Positions 13,611-27,681 of a DNA stretch of 64,000 bases are shown in pieces. Source of the stretch: Takakia lepidozioides (Eukaryota > Plantae > Bryophyta); the NCBI GenBank assembly GCA_030704615.1, contig CM060731.1, positions 70,804,001 to 70,868,000 of the forward strand, given 5' to 3'. Position numbers and translations under genes: made by a program. The notes under the pieces were generated by a model, which was not told the DNA's origin, did no database searches, and saw only the letters and a list, made by a program, of their open reading frames with translations. Position 1 is the stretch's first letter; every line of letters starts with the position of its first letter.

Positions 13611-14915
13611 GTTCGGCAGTGCTATCATCTACGATGAGCTCGCTTACATTCAGTCGGCTCTTACGGCCTATCATGCCTCGTAGCCTGTAGGAAGGTCTCT
13701 CTAGTTGTGGATAGGGGTAAGCAAAAAACTGCATGTAGAGCAAGCGTGGCTCATGATTCCAGCCTTCACACATGTGTGTCATCAACTCTTCCCACTACTT
13801 TGAGACGAAAGTAAGTTACCTACATACTGTTAGTTGCCTTCAAAGTTCAAACTTTGCAGGCCGATTTGTACCATAAACAAGACATGGTGGTACGCTTGGC
13901 AAACGCCTGTACGCTGTACCCTGTACCAGGCTACCATAAACTTGAGATGGAAAAGCTGGAACATTTCCAAAAGTTTTCCATGATGACGCTGGCTTAATGT
14001 TCATGATTTACTACATAGGAATCCAGCATTCAAAGCCAGGTAGCTCCCATAGAGTGTGGTGAATGGATCGTGGGAACTTGGAAGGAACGTTTTGAAAGAA
14101 TGAAAGTTGGGTGTATCATTCTCAAAATATCAGGCCAAGTTTAGGTAGTTGTTCTTGCAATGTCTGTCATTCTGAGGCCAGGAATGTCAACTTACTATTC
14201 ATACAGAAATCCAAGAAATCCTCAGCTCATTCTTGACCCCAGAAAATTGCAGAGAAGATTCCAATTAGATCAGAGATTGAAAGGTCATTTTGGGCCCTGA
14301 GGTAATAAGTAATAACGGTTTTAGAGTAGTAGATAAGTAGATAATAGATATATATTAGTACGGATCCACTATAAAGTGAACAGCTTCCCCAGTCAGCTGA
14401 AAGAATGGTTCTCGCACACACAGCGACGTGGAGCAGTCTGGTGCACAACCCCACTACACACCGCACCACCCATCTCAAATTCCTCCCGCAAAGCAGGCTC
14501 TACGATGATAACCGCTTTCCGCGCTCGAATTACAGCAATGGGTTCTAGTTGCGGGGTAAGGTGATTCCAGCATTTGCTGGAAGCCGGTGATTGACAGGAT
14601 TGGTGGTGTTGTTTGGAACGTAGGCTGGGCTTCTCTCGTGCGAAGTGTTCTTGGCTGATACACTCTGTCACGTTTGCAAACTGTGTAAGCTGAGTGTTTT
14701 TTAGTGGGTATTCTGAAGCAGGGGTGAGTATGCTATCTGTATTGGAAGGTAGGGCGAGAGCTGGCGTGGCGGATTGCACTATCTGCAAAGAAAAAGTTGT
14801 GATGAGTGCTGCTCGGTTGGATGCGCATGGTGAGGGCGGGAGAGTTGGAGTGCACATGGCAGCAAGGGTGTCGTTCTCCTCCAGTCATCCTACGGTCCAT
14901 CGGCAGGGTTCATGA

Positions 14916-17900
14916 ATGTGGAAGCAGAGTGAGAACATTGTGCACCGGCTTTTCTCCCGCCAGATCACCCGGGCTGCTCCGAGTACCCATGTACTTGCCA
15001 CATTGCCCAATTATTTCGTTGTCATTTACTTGTAGTATACATCGCTCGACATGGGTTCAACTTAGGTTAGTGGGGGGATGAAGGAGGGGTTGGTAAACGA
15101 AGGGCTCGAGTTGAAGAGGCAGGGAAAGATCAGATTATATTGCATTGGGTTTCTCTCTCTTTGCTGATGATGTTTGGGAAGTCTCATGAGGAAGAAATTA
15201 TTTTGAAACAAGGACTCGCGGTCGGATTTTTTTCAAATTCTGCCCACAGTTGAACCTGTTGATGCTGTTGACAGAAGCTTATGCCTTCCAGATGCCTTCT
15301 CTGGAAGGCATAAGCCAAGTAATATGTGGAAAGTCTGAGTAATGTGAGTTCAGGTCTCTGGAAATACCTTGTCCAATCAAGCTGGATTCCATGCAAGCAA
15401 CCTGCACAACGGAAGGCTTGCAATTCCCTAGGCAATCTAATTGTCAGGACAATTTCCTTGTGTGCAATGCCAGCAGACTGGATTCTTCTTTGGAACCCCG
15501 AAGTGTGGGGTATGTGTACCATAAGCTGATGTATGTGGGACTGGGACGCTTTAATCCTAACCCCAGGGAATGATTGTCATGCTGCAGATACACAGAGCAA
15601 GGGAGCTGTATGAAAACATGTACCGAGTCACACTGTTTATGATGTGGAGTGCCCAGACCATTGGTGGCACAGATTCACCAACGATGGGCAGTACCTCATC
15701 TGCTTCAGTCGTACCTCCATAGATCTGCTGGTCTACCACCTCTCCTGGCTTTCCTTCTGCAACCACGTCCGATACTACTGATGAGCTACCTGCCAAATCA
15801 AAAAGATTTGAGAGCTACTTCAGCCAGCTCTACTCAGTTCCTCTTGCCACTGGTAATGAGGTTATTTGTAAAGATTTTTTTTTGTCCACCAAGAATAACC
15901 AGTATGGCATCTTTGCAACATCAAGTTCTCCAGACAGCTTGGCCCCACAGAGACATGGAGCATTGGCAAACGTACCTAGCATTGAGAAGATTACTTTTCT
16001 GCTGGTGAGGCTGGCTGATGGGACGGTAGTCGACCATCGGGATTTCCAAGATGATTACATCCACCTGGCACACAATGCTGGTGTTTTTCTGCATGACGAC
16101 TTGCTGGCCATCCTCTCAGTGCGATTCCAGTGCATCCACATTCTACAGGTCCGTGAGGCTGGCCTTTTCGTGGATGTGCGCACCATCGGCACCTACTGTC
16201 GTGAAGATGACGAGCTGCTGCTGAACTCCCAGTCTCAGGTTCTTGTCCCTTTCCTTTACACATCATCTGGTAGAATCTGCGTGCAATCCTTATTGTGTTT
16301 CATCCTTTCACGGCAAAACAGTCTGGCTACCTCCATGCTTGAGGTTTTTGTTTAAATTCATAGGAATTATATTATTCCCTTGGTGAAGTTATAATTCAGA
16401 GTGGTAGTGTTAAGCATGCCAAAGGTAGAAAGAGGAGAGACTGACATAGGAATGCAGGAGGAGGCCAACTTCCAACAGGAGCAGGCAGCTGCGCGAAAGG
16501 TACGAGGTGTACATTCGCAGGAAAAGGTAGTTGTCCCAGTTGTGCAGCCAAACAAGGGCCAGGCCAAGCCGGGGAGCAGCCTGAGTACCCGAGGCCGCCC
16601 ACACACCCGTGATACCAGGGCTGCACCCAATGATGTTAGAGCAAGCATGGCTACCTTGCATTCAAACTCACATGAGTCGCCAAGCAGAATCAATGTTGGC
16701 GCGCATGCTGCGGACATAGATCTGCTGTACGATGAATATATTCGAGGTTTGTTGGCTACTGGGGACGGCAGTGCCAATGGAGGGTATGCGTCACAAGGCA
16801 ATGGGAACCCCGGAGTGAGGGTAACACAGGAGAATGCTAGTTATGGTAATGTTTCAGGGCATCACCATGTCGGAGCCACAAGCAGGAGCCTTTACATGAA
16901 CAGCCGCAGTGAAACTGTGAACCTCGGTTATCGCACTACTGATCGTGGGTCATCTGAAGCAACTATGTTTGTCGCCAGCAGCCCAAGCTATAACTCTGGG
17001 CCAAGTGAGCGGCGCATGCGCCCAGTGCCCAGCATGTCTCACTCAGGGCACACTATGGTTGCTCCACAAAGCAGAGTTGGCTTGTCATCAATGGAGGTGT
17101 CTAGCTTGCCTAGCTTTTCTGCAAGGCTGTCGAGATCCAGTGATAGTGGTGGAGACCGTTCTGCTGCTAGCACTGCCAGCACTGCAGGAAGAGTTCGTAG
17201 GGCGGGGGAGGAGGGTCAATGATGTTGCAGTCAGTACATGGAACTGGAAATTTTGGGAGGGCTGTGGTCCAGAATGGAGGTGAGGTCGGTACAACTGTTC
17301 CAGAGGAGGCCCAGCAACAAGGAGAGCAGATTCTGGGGGGCATAAAGCAGCGGTTGATGTCTTTCATTTTGCAAAGGATCCAAGATGATGATGAAAGTTC
17401 TGCGATGGTACTGGACTCTCAGCTTTTGTGTACTTCTTTTCCCTCCCATGGAGAGAGTTATTTTAACGCGTGAGAGGAGCTTTTGCTTCGATGTTGGCTG
17501 TGATTTTCACAAAAACGTTTGTTTGGCAAGGTTCAAGATGGCTGAAGGGGTTTTGGATGGAATTTATGGTGATGTGATGAATTACATGCGGAATGAGAGG
17601 TAAGTAGACAGATATGGCGGGGTGATGGGAGCTCATTTGGATGTGGATGTTCATTATTGAAACAGATTGCGCAGCGGTTCAAGCGTTTCTACTATCACTT
17701 CCAGCATTATCTGGATTTGGTGATGTGGAAGGTATATCCAGCTGCTCCACTGCTGCTTGCCACTTGTAGGAAAGCATTGTGGTGAACCAGCTGCAGATAC
17801 TCGTGTCAGAGCACAAGTGATACACATGGTGAATGTCTTCAATCGACTGAAGGGTTTTGTACTAAATTGGAATTGGTCAATCTGGTGGGAGCTGGCAGGT

Positions 17901-19790
17901 ACAATTCTTGGATCGGCACCACTTACTCATCAAATTTGGCAGTGTTGATGGTGTGGTACGTCTTCTTATTCCTAGTTCTCGGGCTTGTGGCTGTGGGATA
18001 TCTTGACTCTGTTGCCTGCTGAAGAATTATCAGAATGTGATGGCTCCTCACCTAGAGATAGAGCAAGTCTTTTCTAGTCCGTTACCTTTGAACGACTTTA
18101 AAAGTTGGTCATGACCTTGAAGGAAGCAAGATGATAGTGTGTGGGTGGCTGCAGGTATTTCGCAACTCAGAGAGTTCGCGTCAGACTGCTTTTTTGGCTG
18201 TCTACAATTTTGAAACTACACAAATAGTTGGATTCTATCAGGTATAAAACTGGTCATCAGACTTGTGTGTCTGGGAAGGACAATGAGGGTGGTGCCTTAT
18301 CTGTGCCTGGAGTGTTAGTGCTATATGCACCTCTGAGTACGCCTTACTGAAGGGCTTCTTAAGGATGGGTCTTTGAGAGCATGTCTTTTGTTAATTACAG
18401 TTGGAGGTCTGGATATATGTTGCAGAATACGTCAGAGGAGTTGGGGCAGTGGGTGGAGCATTATTGTGATCACTTCAGGATGGTGCCACAGCATCCAACG
18501 TACATGAACTTCATATCCAGCCATTCTAACAATGCCTTTGCCCGTGAGCAACTTCGACGGCAGAAGATGGCTTGCATCTCTAGCAAAGCTGCTAGCTGTG
18601 CCCAGGTCCATCCTCTTTCTTGAAAGACAAGCCCACGTATAACTGCCCTCAATATCTTATCCTTCGTTGTTCTTGAGTCTCATGTGGAGGCTGGCAGGGG
18701 TAGAGTGCTGTCTGGGTCTCTAATGCTCTGTAGCTCATTTTTGTGTGTAGGTGGTTAAAAGGGCATTGGCTTCCTTGCCCTACAATGCCGAGTCTCAAAG
18801 TCCCTCAGTATACTTCGATCAATATCTCTTCCATTATGATGAAAAGGTACATGCTTATTTACCATCATTGAATTTTTCTCATCTTCAATAGCTCATCTCA
18901 GAGTAGCACAGATCGGGATTTGGCTCCTCTATGAATGGCCTTGCTGCTTGAGAGGCATGGTTGAGCCTCATTTGGCTCCTTGTTGGCTTTGTGTAATGTG
19001 CAACCGGAGTCCCAAGAGTGCGCAACATGGGTTGGAGTTGTTTTTGGGAAAGGTGTCAGAGGGGAGTGAATTGAACTTGTGTCAAAGGATGAGTCCATCC
19101 TGATCATTTCCCCAGTTTGCAACATTATCCAGATGTCTGGCATTTTAGGGCCCTGTGCTTGAGACTTACTGTGGACCAAACACCTGTAGATGTGTCTGCT
19201 TAGCCTGATTCGGGTGCTATGTTGCAGCTTATATCTGCAACAGATCGGCAGAAGCCTTGCATGGAGCACCCCATTAAGTTCATTTCAAGGCGCCGCCCGA
19301 ACACATTGAAATTCAAAATCAACCCCGGCAAGTATCCATTTGTACGTCGTTTAAGCAAGATGTAAAGGTGTGATGCAACTGTGAAAACCTCACCAGTTAA
19401 GTGTGGTGTGCAGCAGGCCTTGCCTGGATTTCTGTAGTATTGACATCTAGGAGATGTCTTGGATGGGCAGTTATGTCAAGTTCTAGTTGGATGGGACACA
19501 TTTGTGTCTGCTGGGTGCTTGTTCTTGTAGTTTCTCTAACATCCTGAGGTAAAGTTAGCTCTGAGCCGTAGGTCTGTTGAAGTATTTTTGCATCCAAAAG
19601 TCAGTAGCTTGGATGTTGAGTTTGAAATCTTTTGATGGTAGTGACTGCAGGCTTGGAGCTAGGCTCAAATGACAGTGGACATATCAAGCGTGTGGCAGCC
19701 TTTTTGTTCCACCCTGTTTTTCCTTTTGCCATCTCAGTTCAGCAGTCATTCATGCAACCAACCATTGTTAATTTCCACTTTAGACGATGA
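14916..19790 (+). CDS. DET1: Light-mediated development protein DET1 (about 10 exons)
   Basis: MWKQSENIVHRLFSRQI, RARELYEN, YDVECPDH, DYIHLAHNAGVFLHDDLLAILS, GGIKQRLMSFI, MWKVQFLDRHHLLIKFGS, FHYDEKLISATDR, FLFHPVFPFAISVQ...NFHFRR*. Three small apparent indels. Confidence 0.93.
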
Positions 19791-21257
19791 GTCTACTGTT
19801 CACATAATGTTGTAGGGGAGGTCATAAAATTATTATCAGACTATTTTTCAATTGACATTTTAGATGCTGGTCATTGTTTCAGGCAGACCATGGAAGTCCT
19901 AAGAAAAGCGATGGAAATTCTGTCACAATCCACACACAGATCTAATGCTGAACTTATCGTAGCATCAGTATGTGCAGTGTGCATTATTTTGGTCCTGTAA
20001 TGAGTTACTCAATACCAGATTCCAGCCTGTTATTGTCTTGTGGTGGACTTTGTGCTCAAGAGTCAGTGATTTCTGTTAACAAATTTCATTTGGAAAGGTG
20101 TAGAGCATGCCTTCCATGAACAAATAAAGCAGATGGAAAAGTTCCTGATGGATCAAACCCAGAAGAAAGTTGAAAGTTTTGGATTGTGATATGATCAAAG
20201 ACCTGCAGGAACTGTCTAATTCTGAAATTTAAGAGTTTGAGAGCTGTATGGAAAGTCAACCAAGAATGTCCCCGGGACCAGTAGTAATGAGCAATCAATG
20301 TGCCACACTGATGGCTCAGGATGGTTTTTGAGGTGATATGTGCGGGCCATGTGCAGCTTATTCAGTGACTCCCATGCATGAAGGTGAGCACTTCTGAGTC
20401 TTGGATATGAACATGCCAGTGTTGGGTACCATCCTTCCTGTATCATTAATGCCTGCCTGCCACACCTGCCAAGCACACCCAGGTATTGAGGTATCCCATC
20501 ATATCATATTGGTTTGGCCATTCTCTGCACCACTTGGTGCACTTCTGTTATCTTCTACATTTGGATACATGTCCTCAAAAGGGCAGTCTCTTTGTTTATA
20601 AACGGTGACATAGTTTTGTAGTTTGACCCCGACCACTAAGGCCTTTGGTCATCTATTGGATGATTTATGCTTAAAATCAATCATGCTATTTGTCCATAAT
20701 TTTTTTGATTCAATGTACAGGAAGAAAAGAATGTGAAGGAGGGGAGATCTTCCAGGCTGAGTGCTTCTTTCTGGCTGTTTTGTGATGAACTGTAGGAGTT
20801 CATATCTGCAGGATCTGTGCCAGAGGGTATGTGATGCAATGGTTGCCATATCCAAGGAGGGGAGGACCTGACTCGGTTGCAAAATGAGAGCTCAGCAGAA
20901 GCTCTGTGACGGACAGATTTTTCTAACCACATTGACTAGGGCATAACCCATGTCCTGTTGCAAAATACCTTGGTTTTCATGACAAGGTTATTAAATTTGT
21001 CACCGACATGGCACACTGTATAACCTTCAACGACCTGTTTTATTGGGTTTGTTGATTGTAGATTGCATAGCTAGGACTAACAAATTTCAATAAATTGGGA
21101 TCTAGTAGAAATGTGGAGCAAAATATACATGAGACTTGCTATGAGGTTGGCATTAAAAAAATTAAAAATTCCATGTTGAGGTTTCTAAGTGATCAAAGGA
21201 AATGTTTCGTATGTTACAACCAGATGTAAATGAAAACTTACCTAAGCTTGACATCTG

Positions 21258-23798
21258 TTATGGTCCTGCATCTGCTCGTCTCAATCTGCTCTTCCGCCTT
21301 CTCCTCCGACTGCTTCCAGATTTCTTAGGAGGCTTCCAGTGCTCGACCGAGGCTTCATCCTTCTGGAGAGGATTATCAGTATCTACTGGTGTGCCTTGGC
21401 GCAGTCGCATTCCCTCTGCCTGCAAGTCTAGCAATAACACTTCGGTTGTCTTTGTGGTGATGCCTCGCACATATCCCTTAAAAGGTGGTGGTGGCAGAAC
21501 TGCTGGTTGTACCACCTGTCAGAACACCCCATGTTCGTTTTCAGTGTGCTGCAACATCCATTGCTTTCCAACATCTTGTACACCCAAGACTTCTGACCTC
21601 AATAAGCCCAGAAGATAGCCATGTGGACAACCGGCAATGATCCCTATTTCACCCCACACACAAGCAAATTGAAAGGAGTACACACCTGCTGTAAGGTCAC
21701 AAGAGATGCGACACGCTCTGAATCTCTTTCTGAACTTGGCAAAGGGCTACCTGCCGCATCAAGAAATAAGGGTTGAATATTCCAGGATCCCTCAAACCGC
21801 TTCATGAACCCTGGCTTAGCAAGCCAATACTTAACCTGCAAAGTGCAGATCTGTCTGGTCAGCCATAACTTCCTCATCACGACAGCATGAGTGGATGTTG
21901 TGATACTCATATAGTGCTCCACCCAACTGCAGAGTACATTCTCATGCCAGAGCTGAAGGGCGGCCATCAAACCCAAGTCTGTTAAAGAGCTGGGAAGTAT
22001 GCGATAATTTGTCCATGTACAATGTCATGGATGATACTGCATTTGTAACAGGCATAGAAATGACAAATCAGCACAATGAACAACTTACAGTATGAGTCCG
22101 CCGATCCTGGTCCACACAGACACACACACTTAGGGTGCCTGAGAACCACAAAAACCTCCAACCTGCTTCCTGCTCCAGCTCCACTAGTTGCCGGTCTCCA
22201 TCATCTTCAATTACTTTCCGGTACTTAACATTCTGTATGCTCCTAAACCAAAAACGTCAACTTAGTCCAATTGGATTAATCCTCATTTGAAAAACTCAGC
22301 TGCAACATCTTGCTTTGCAGCAGGTGTTTCTTATTGAAGGCACATAAATGTCACAAAATTGTAAATGTGGTGCCTGGGACTTCGAAGCTCAACAAAGGCC
22401 TAGGCAATGAAGACATTCACCACCCATCTGATAACAAATGAAAAAAAACTTGAGCTTAACACATGCCTGAATGTTTTTGAAGACACGTTTATTTTCAGGA
22501 TCAATGAGGATGTTGAAAACTGCATCAGGGGGAATACCAATCTTGAACTTTGAGTTCACCTGGCACAACGTTCCCTTTGGCACTGTCACCTGCAGCCTCC
22601 ATCCACAGACCCTTCCTGTGATGCATAATGCTACTGCTTCTCCTTGCCCAGTTAGGATTCAAGTACTGGAGCACACTTGCATGACGAGGCATTGAACTGT
22701 GAGGAAGAAAGCTGTCCTAAAACATCATCATATGGTAAAATCCAACCAATTCTACTTCTGCGAAAGTTACTGCAGTGAGATATCTCATTTTAAGCTTCAT
22801 CACCCTAGAAAAGAGGTCAGGGCAACCGTCATGACAGCTTTGGGTTGGTTTGTATCGAATCAGCTTCCATAGAAAAATGCACCTAGGTAGCTCATCACAT
22901 AGGCCCATCACACATGCTACCTCAATAGCTGGTGTCTCATCCACCCAGGTACCGTTGTGCCTCCATGCTTCCAGGCCCTTTTCCAAGGACTGTTGCAGTA
23001 TTGGCACTTGACCTTGGATTTCTTCTTGCTTGGGTGCCACATTCCTCAGACTATTCATTGTATTTCCCTGCTGCAGCACCTGTGTCCACTTGATCACTGA
23101 CTGCTTCGCTCCCTGTCAGCAAAATCAAGTCGCCCATATGCTCCCTTTAATCAAGAACTCGCTTTTTGGGGTTAGATCAGAAATTCATCCCATTTGGGGT
23201 AGTATCACAGCTAGCCCTGGAGGCTCGTAAATCCTAGAAGGCCATAAATGCTTAATATCGACAGCTATCATTCTCACAACTTGCACTTTGAAGTATGATG
23301 TTAGAGTATTTCACAATGTCAAATCCACCGGAGGCTATCTGATACTGCATAGGCCTCTGTCCCTTTGTTCCTGAATGCGAGTCCCACGACGTAGCAGTGT
23401 TGAAGACTAAAGGAATCTGGCTGCGTAGCGAGCAATTGTAATTGGCTGTTAGCAGCGAGATTGAACATGCAATTGTGGCAATCCTACTTCTTCTTGGCCG
23501 CCTGAATTTTCACCAGAGATCATAAAGTGTTCCCTTCTGGAAACAAACGGCTCTCATGCCACTCCTGCTCTCCACGCTAGCTTACTTCGCACTAATACTT
23601 TCGGCAGTATGGAATCAGAGAGCAAGACCTTGGAAGCAGACGTCTATAAGATAATAGCGATGAACGCAAAGGCATCAAACTCACATGGACCACTTCCTGC
23701 ACCCTGCTGTTAATCCATGCGCCCGCGCCCTTCCCCATGTCAAGGCCTTCAAACCTGAATCCAGATATAGGGCCCCCATCCGACCTGCCCTCCGCCAT
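21258..23798 (-). CDS. DUF220 / polyketide cyclase-like SRPBCC (START-fold) protein, about 6 exons
   Basis: Exons [71 protein letters not shown] and [18 protein letters not shown]. Confidence 0.8.
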
Positions 23799-24119
23799 GC
23801 CGCAAGGAGCATCAAAGCGCACAAAGTTCGATTTGTAGTAGAGAAAGAGAAAGATGTAATAAGGGTCACTACATAAGATGAACGAGAGACTCCACGATGC
23901 CCACTGCAACGGGATCCGCGGTGCCTACGTCGGCGAACGCTAGCTTCGGTGCACACCTGGCGCCACCTTCACACCCACCGGCAGCCACCCGCACGGGGTG
24001 GATCCTGCGGGAAAGATCAGGAATTACCCTCAGGGTCATCTTCTTCCCGAAGCAGATTAAAGAAGCTTATTTAGTCCCCTCCATCAGCACCTGCTTTTGT
24101 TTCTGAGCTGGCTTCCAGG

Positions 24120-26337
24120 ATGCAAGCTGTAGGCCGTGCTGGTGTAGTGGGCGCAATTTGGAATTGTCATAGGCGTTTACCCACCCATACTAGGTTGCAA
24201 TACGTAAGCCCACGTTCGGTAAGCACCCATCAATTCTATTGTCTTCCTTTTTATCGAGAAGTCTGCAACATTGTGCAGAGTGGTCTGATAGAAGTGCCTG
24301 CTGCATCAGGTTGTCTATTTGGTTTTAGTTGTCCTCAGAGAGCCATTGCATAAGGCTGTGTCCATGAGGCCAGAGCTGGCCGGCTTGTTGTTTGCAAATA
24401 TCGTGTTTGATGAGCTACAGAGACATCCTGGGGAACTTTTAACTACGTCTCACTCGGAAAGCGTCGAGGAATTTACTGCGCATTCACCGAGATATTGACT
24501 TGTAAACAGAGCTTTGGCTTGTCAGTGGTGTTTGTCAAGATGTTAAGGCAGAAAAAGTAAATGACGCTGAATTCTGCAGATACTAAAGAGGTCTCAGGTG
24601 TCACTGTTGGAGACCCAAGGCCGGGTCCTCTGGTTGTATGCCCCTGACTTTTCGAGGGTGCCTATAAAGCAGCGTATGGCGTGGTTCCCCGCACAGTGTA
24701 CCAATCAATGTGGTAGCTTCGTACTCTGCTTGCAGTTTTCTTCATTGTCTCTGCTTCTAGTAATTATATTGATCGAGCTGAAAAACCAAGAAACGGCGTT
24801 TTCTCTCTCTCTCTCTCGACCTGTCTGATACGTTCTATACAATTTAACTCTCATACTTTCTAGATGCTTATATCAGACTGTTTGGTATGGATGGAAGTTG
24901 AGAACGATGCAGAAGCAAAGACCCAGATGGAGCTAGAGAAGAAGAAGTGTGTGCCATGTGACTCTAGAAATTTACAGCCCATGACTTGGGATTCTGCTCA
25001 AACGTTGCTCTCTCAGGTCTCTCCATTGTGCTTATGTCAGATGTTACTGTAAATGAGAGCTATGCAGTTACATAGTGGGATCTTCTGTGAGTAGATGCTG
25101 CATCTCCAGTTGCTGGACTGCAGGCTACCAGGCACACCCAAGAGCCCTCAGAATGTTGTCCAATAATGGTGAAAGCAGTTCTACCTTTCAGCATTTTTCA
25201 GACGAAACATTAGTTGTAACCATCAGTAGTGAACACAATTTAATAGTTGAACATGAAAGTTCTATTCCTCAGTCAGCTTATTCATTATGCCCTCCTTCAA
25301 GAACCTGTGCTTTTGGTAATCAGTCCAGGGTCATCCCTGTGTGGTTGAGGGTTAAAATGGTTAAGGAGATTTGTGCAGATTCCAGGTTGGGAGATTCAGG
25401 AGGTGAAGGGGGTGTTGCAGTTGCACAAAAGCTGGAAAGCAAAGAGCTTTGTCAAGGCCCTAGAGTTCCTAAAGCGAGTGGCTGATGTTGCTGAACACGA
25501 AGGTGAGACCCATTTCATCTTCATTCCAACCACATATGGGTAGCTGCAGCCATGATCTGTGCTCCCTAGAGCAGCCCATCCCAGATTCCTTCCTCTCTCA
25601 GATAGCTAGCTTTCTCCAGGTATTTTCTCAGTAGCACATGATGCGTCTCATATGCGATATATCTCATCAGGAAAAAGCACGGGAGTTTTAGGTCTATCTT
25701 TGTACTGAAGAGGAGCTTGGTTTTAAGCTTGATTTGATGGAATCTTAACATTTGTATGAGAGGTTGTGTTTTGGAGTTACAGTTTGGAGTAAGGGATTGC
25801 GGGGGATGGATGGCAGGGCATCACCCGGACCTGCACCTGGTCAACTGGAACCAACTAAGCATTGACATCTCGACTCATTCAATAGGTGAAGCCAATACCA
25901 CTTTTACCTATGCTTACCACATGAACCTAGCAGATGGCACACTTGTAGATGTACTAGGCCCATCCACATTCTTATGTACTCAATGTGAATGGTAGTGTCC
26001 CTGCATGGCGTTGGATAAGTTGATCATCTCTTTGATGCACCAGTAACACGCCTCCTTTGCATGCGAAGATCAAAACAAAAGGGAGTTGATCCTTTTCAAG
26101 CTTGCAGGATCATTCGACAACTTCACATCGATAACCTTATGCTGCAGTGCACACATGAGGGTGTGCTAATTGTGTGCAAGTGGGTACAGAGGTTAGGTAT
26201 GGGACTTGATGGCCTTTGACTTGATGGCAGGTGGCTTGACTGAAAATGACTTCATTGTGGCAGCCAAGATCAGTGCTTTGAGTGTAGAAGATCTCCTCAG
26301 AAAGCCTGCCTTGTCAGGTTCGAAACCACCATCATAG
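24120..26337 (+). CDS. Pterin-4-alpha-carbinolamine dehydratase (probably organelle-targeted; start uncertain)
   Basis: Exons LEKKKCVPC, IPGWEI...SFVKALEFLKRVADVAEHEG, HHPDLHLVNWNQLSIDISTHSIG and GLTENDFIVAAKI. Confidence 0.88.
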
Positions 26338-27681
26338 CTCTGTAAGCAGTAGCTTGCTAACGTTGATAGCAATCAATTTGTAGATACCCTTGAGGCAGAG
26401 ACGAACATACAGGTTGGAAGATTATGTAACAAGCAAATGTTTGGGTTTGGGCAATCTGGTTATGTGGCCTTTGTCACAGCTCATTTGCCCTGGAAAATAG
26501 CTGTAAAGGAGGCTAAACATGTGCATGCCCAAAACAAAACCAATCAAGCTGAAAATGAAGTCTACAGTACCTCTCACTGCACTCTCAGGTCCTAGCTATG
26601 TTTGAAGTCTCCCTTGGGCTATGTTGTAAGTCACCCTTGGATTATGATTTGAGGATAGATGATGTGTTTTTAGACAAATATTCATCAATGACAAGATTGA
26701 ACCAAGATTTTGCATAAGAGTCCAGACTGCCAACCAGTGTTTGTGTTGAGGGGGTACTCCAAGCATCACTTGACATTGGCTAGCTGGATTTGCATACGAC
26801 CAAAATCAATCCTTGACATCAAGGAGGCAATTCATCATGGGCTTGCTGCTGCAAAATATCATTGCATTCCTTGCACTGGTTGTTCGTCGATTGAACATCA
26901 AACATATGGAATCAGAAGCCACAGAACATACTGCTGCAGCAGAGTTATCCAGGAAACAGGGGAATGTCAATAACTTTGACCCCTGCTTTACGCCCTCGCC
27001 TTCCAGGTCAGTGGATGAGCAACTTCTGCCACTTCCTGATCGGAAACATTAAGTATGATGTGCCCCAAAAGGAGAGTTTGAGAGAAATATACATTAAAGC
27101 AAGCATACCTCCATGTGATGATGGCAGATTCAATCTGGCACAAAAACGAATGTTTGTCCCAATCAATTATTCCAATATTATGAATCTTGCACTTTTCCTC
27201 GGTACTATTTATGTATGTTTCTGATTGTCATATTTGTCAGAATTTGGCAAAGCGGTTGAAAACAAATCAAGCGATGTTGAGGTTACATTGTGGATGCTGA
27301 AACTCTGGAAGATGCAGTAACTTTTTGCAGCAAAGCCTGGGAGGGTGTGTTACAAGAAGGTATTACGTCATTACTTCCCATTGCCCTGTATGTGTTGCAA
27401 CCACAGAAAAGATATTGTTTTGCCCACAGGAAGAAGACTCTTCAATAACATGTTTACTCATTTGGATGACTAGACTTTCAATTACCTATCATCACAGAAT
27501 TCTCCCATTAAACTTCCAGGTGACATGATTTGGGTGATCATGTGTTTACAACAGTTGACAGCATACCTCAAAATATCAATATAAATCAGACCATCTTAAA
27601 GGACAAGCTTGGATATAGACCTTATACCTGCAGAGCACTTAACCTAAAGAAAAGAGATTAGGATGTCATCAGTTGACTCTG

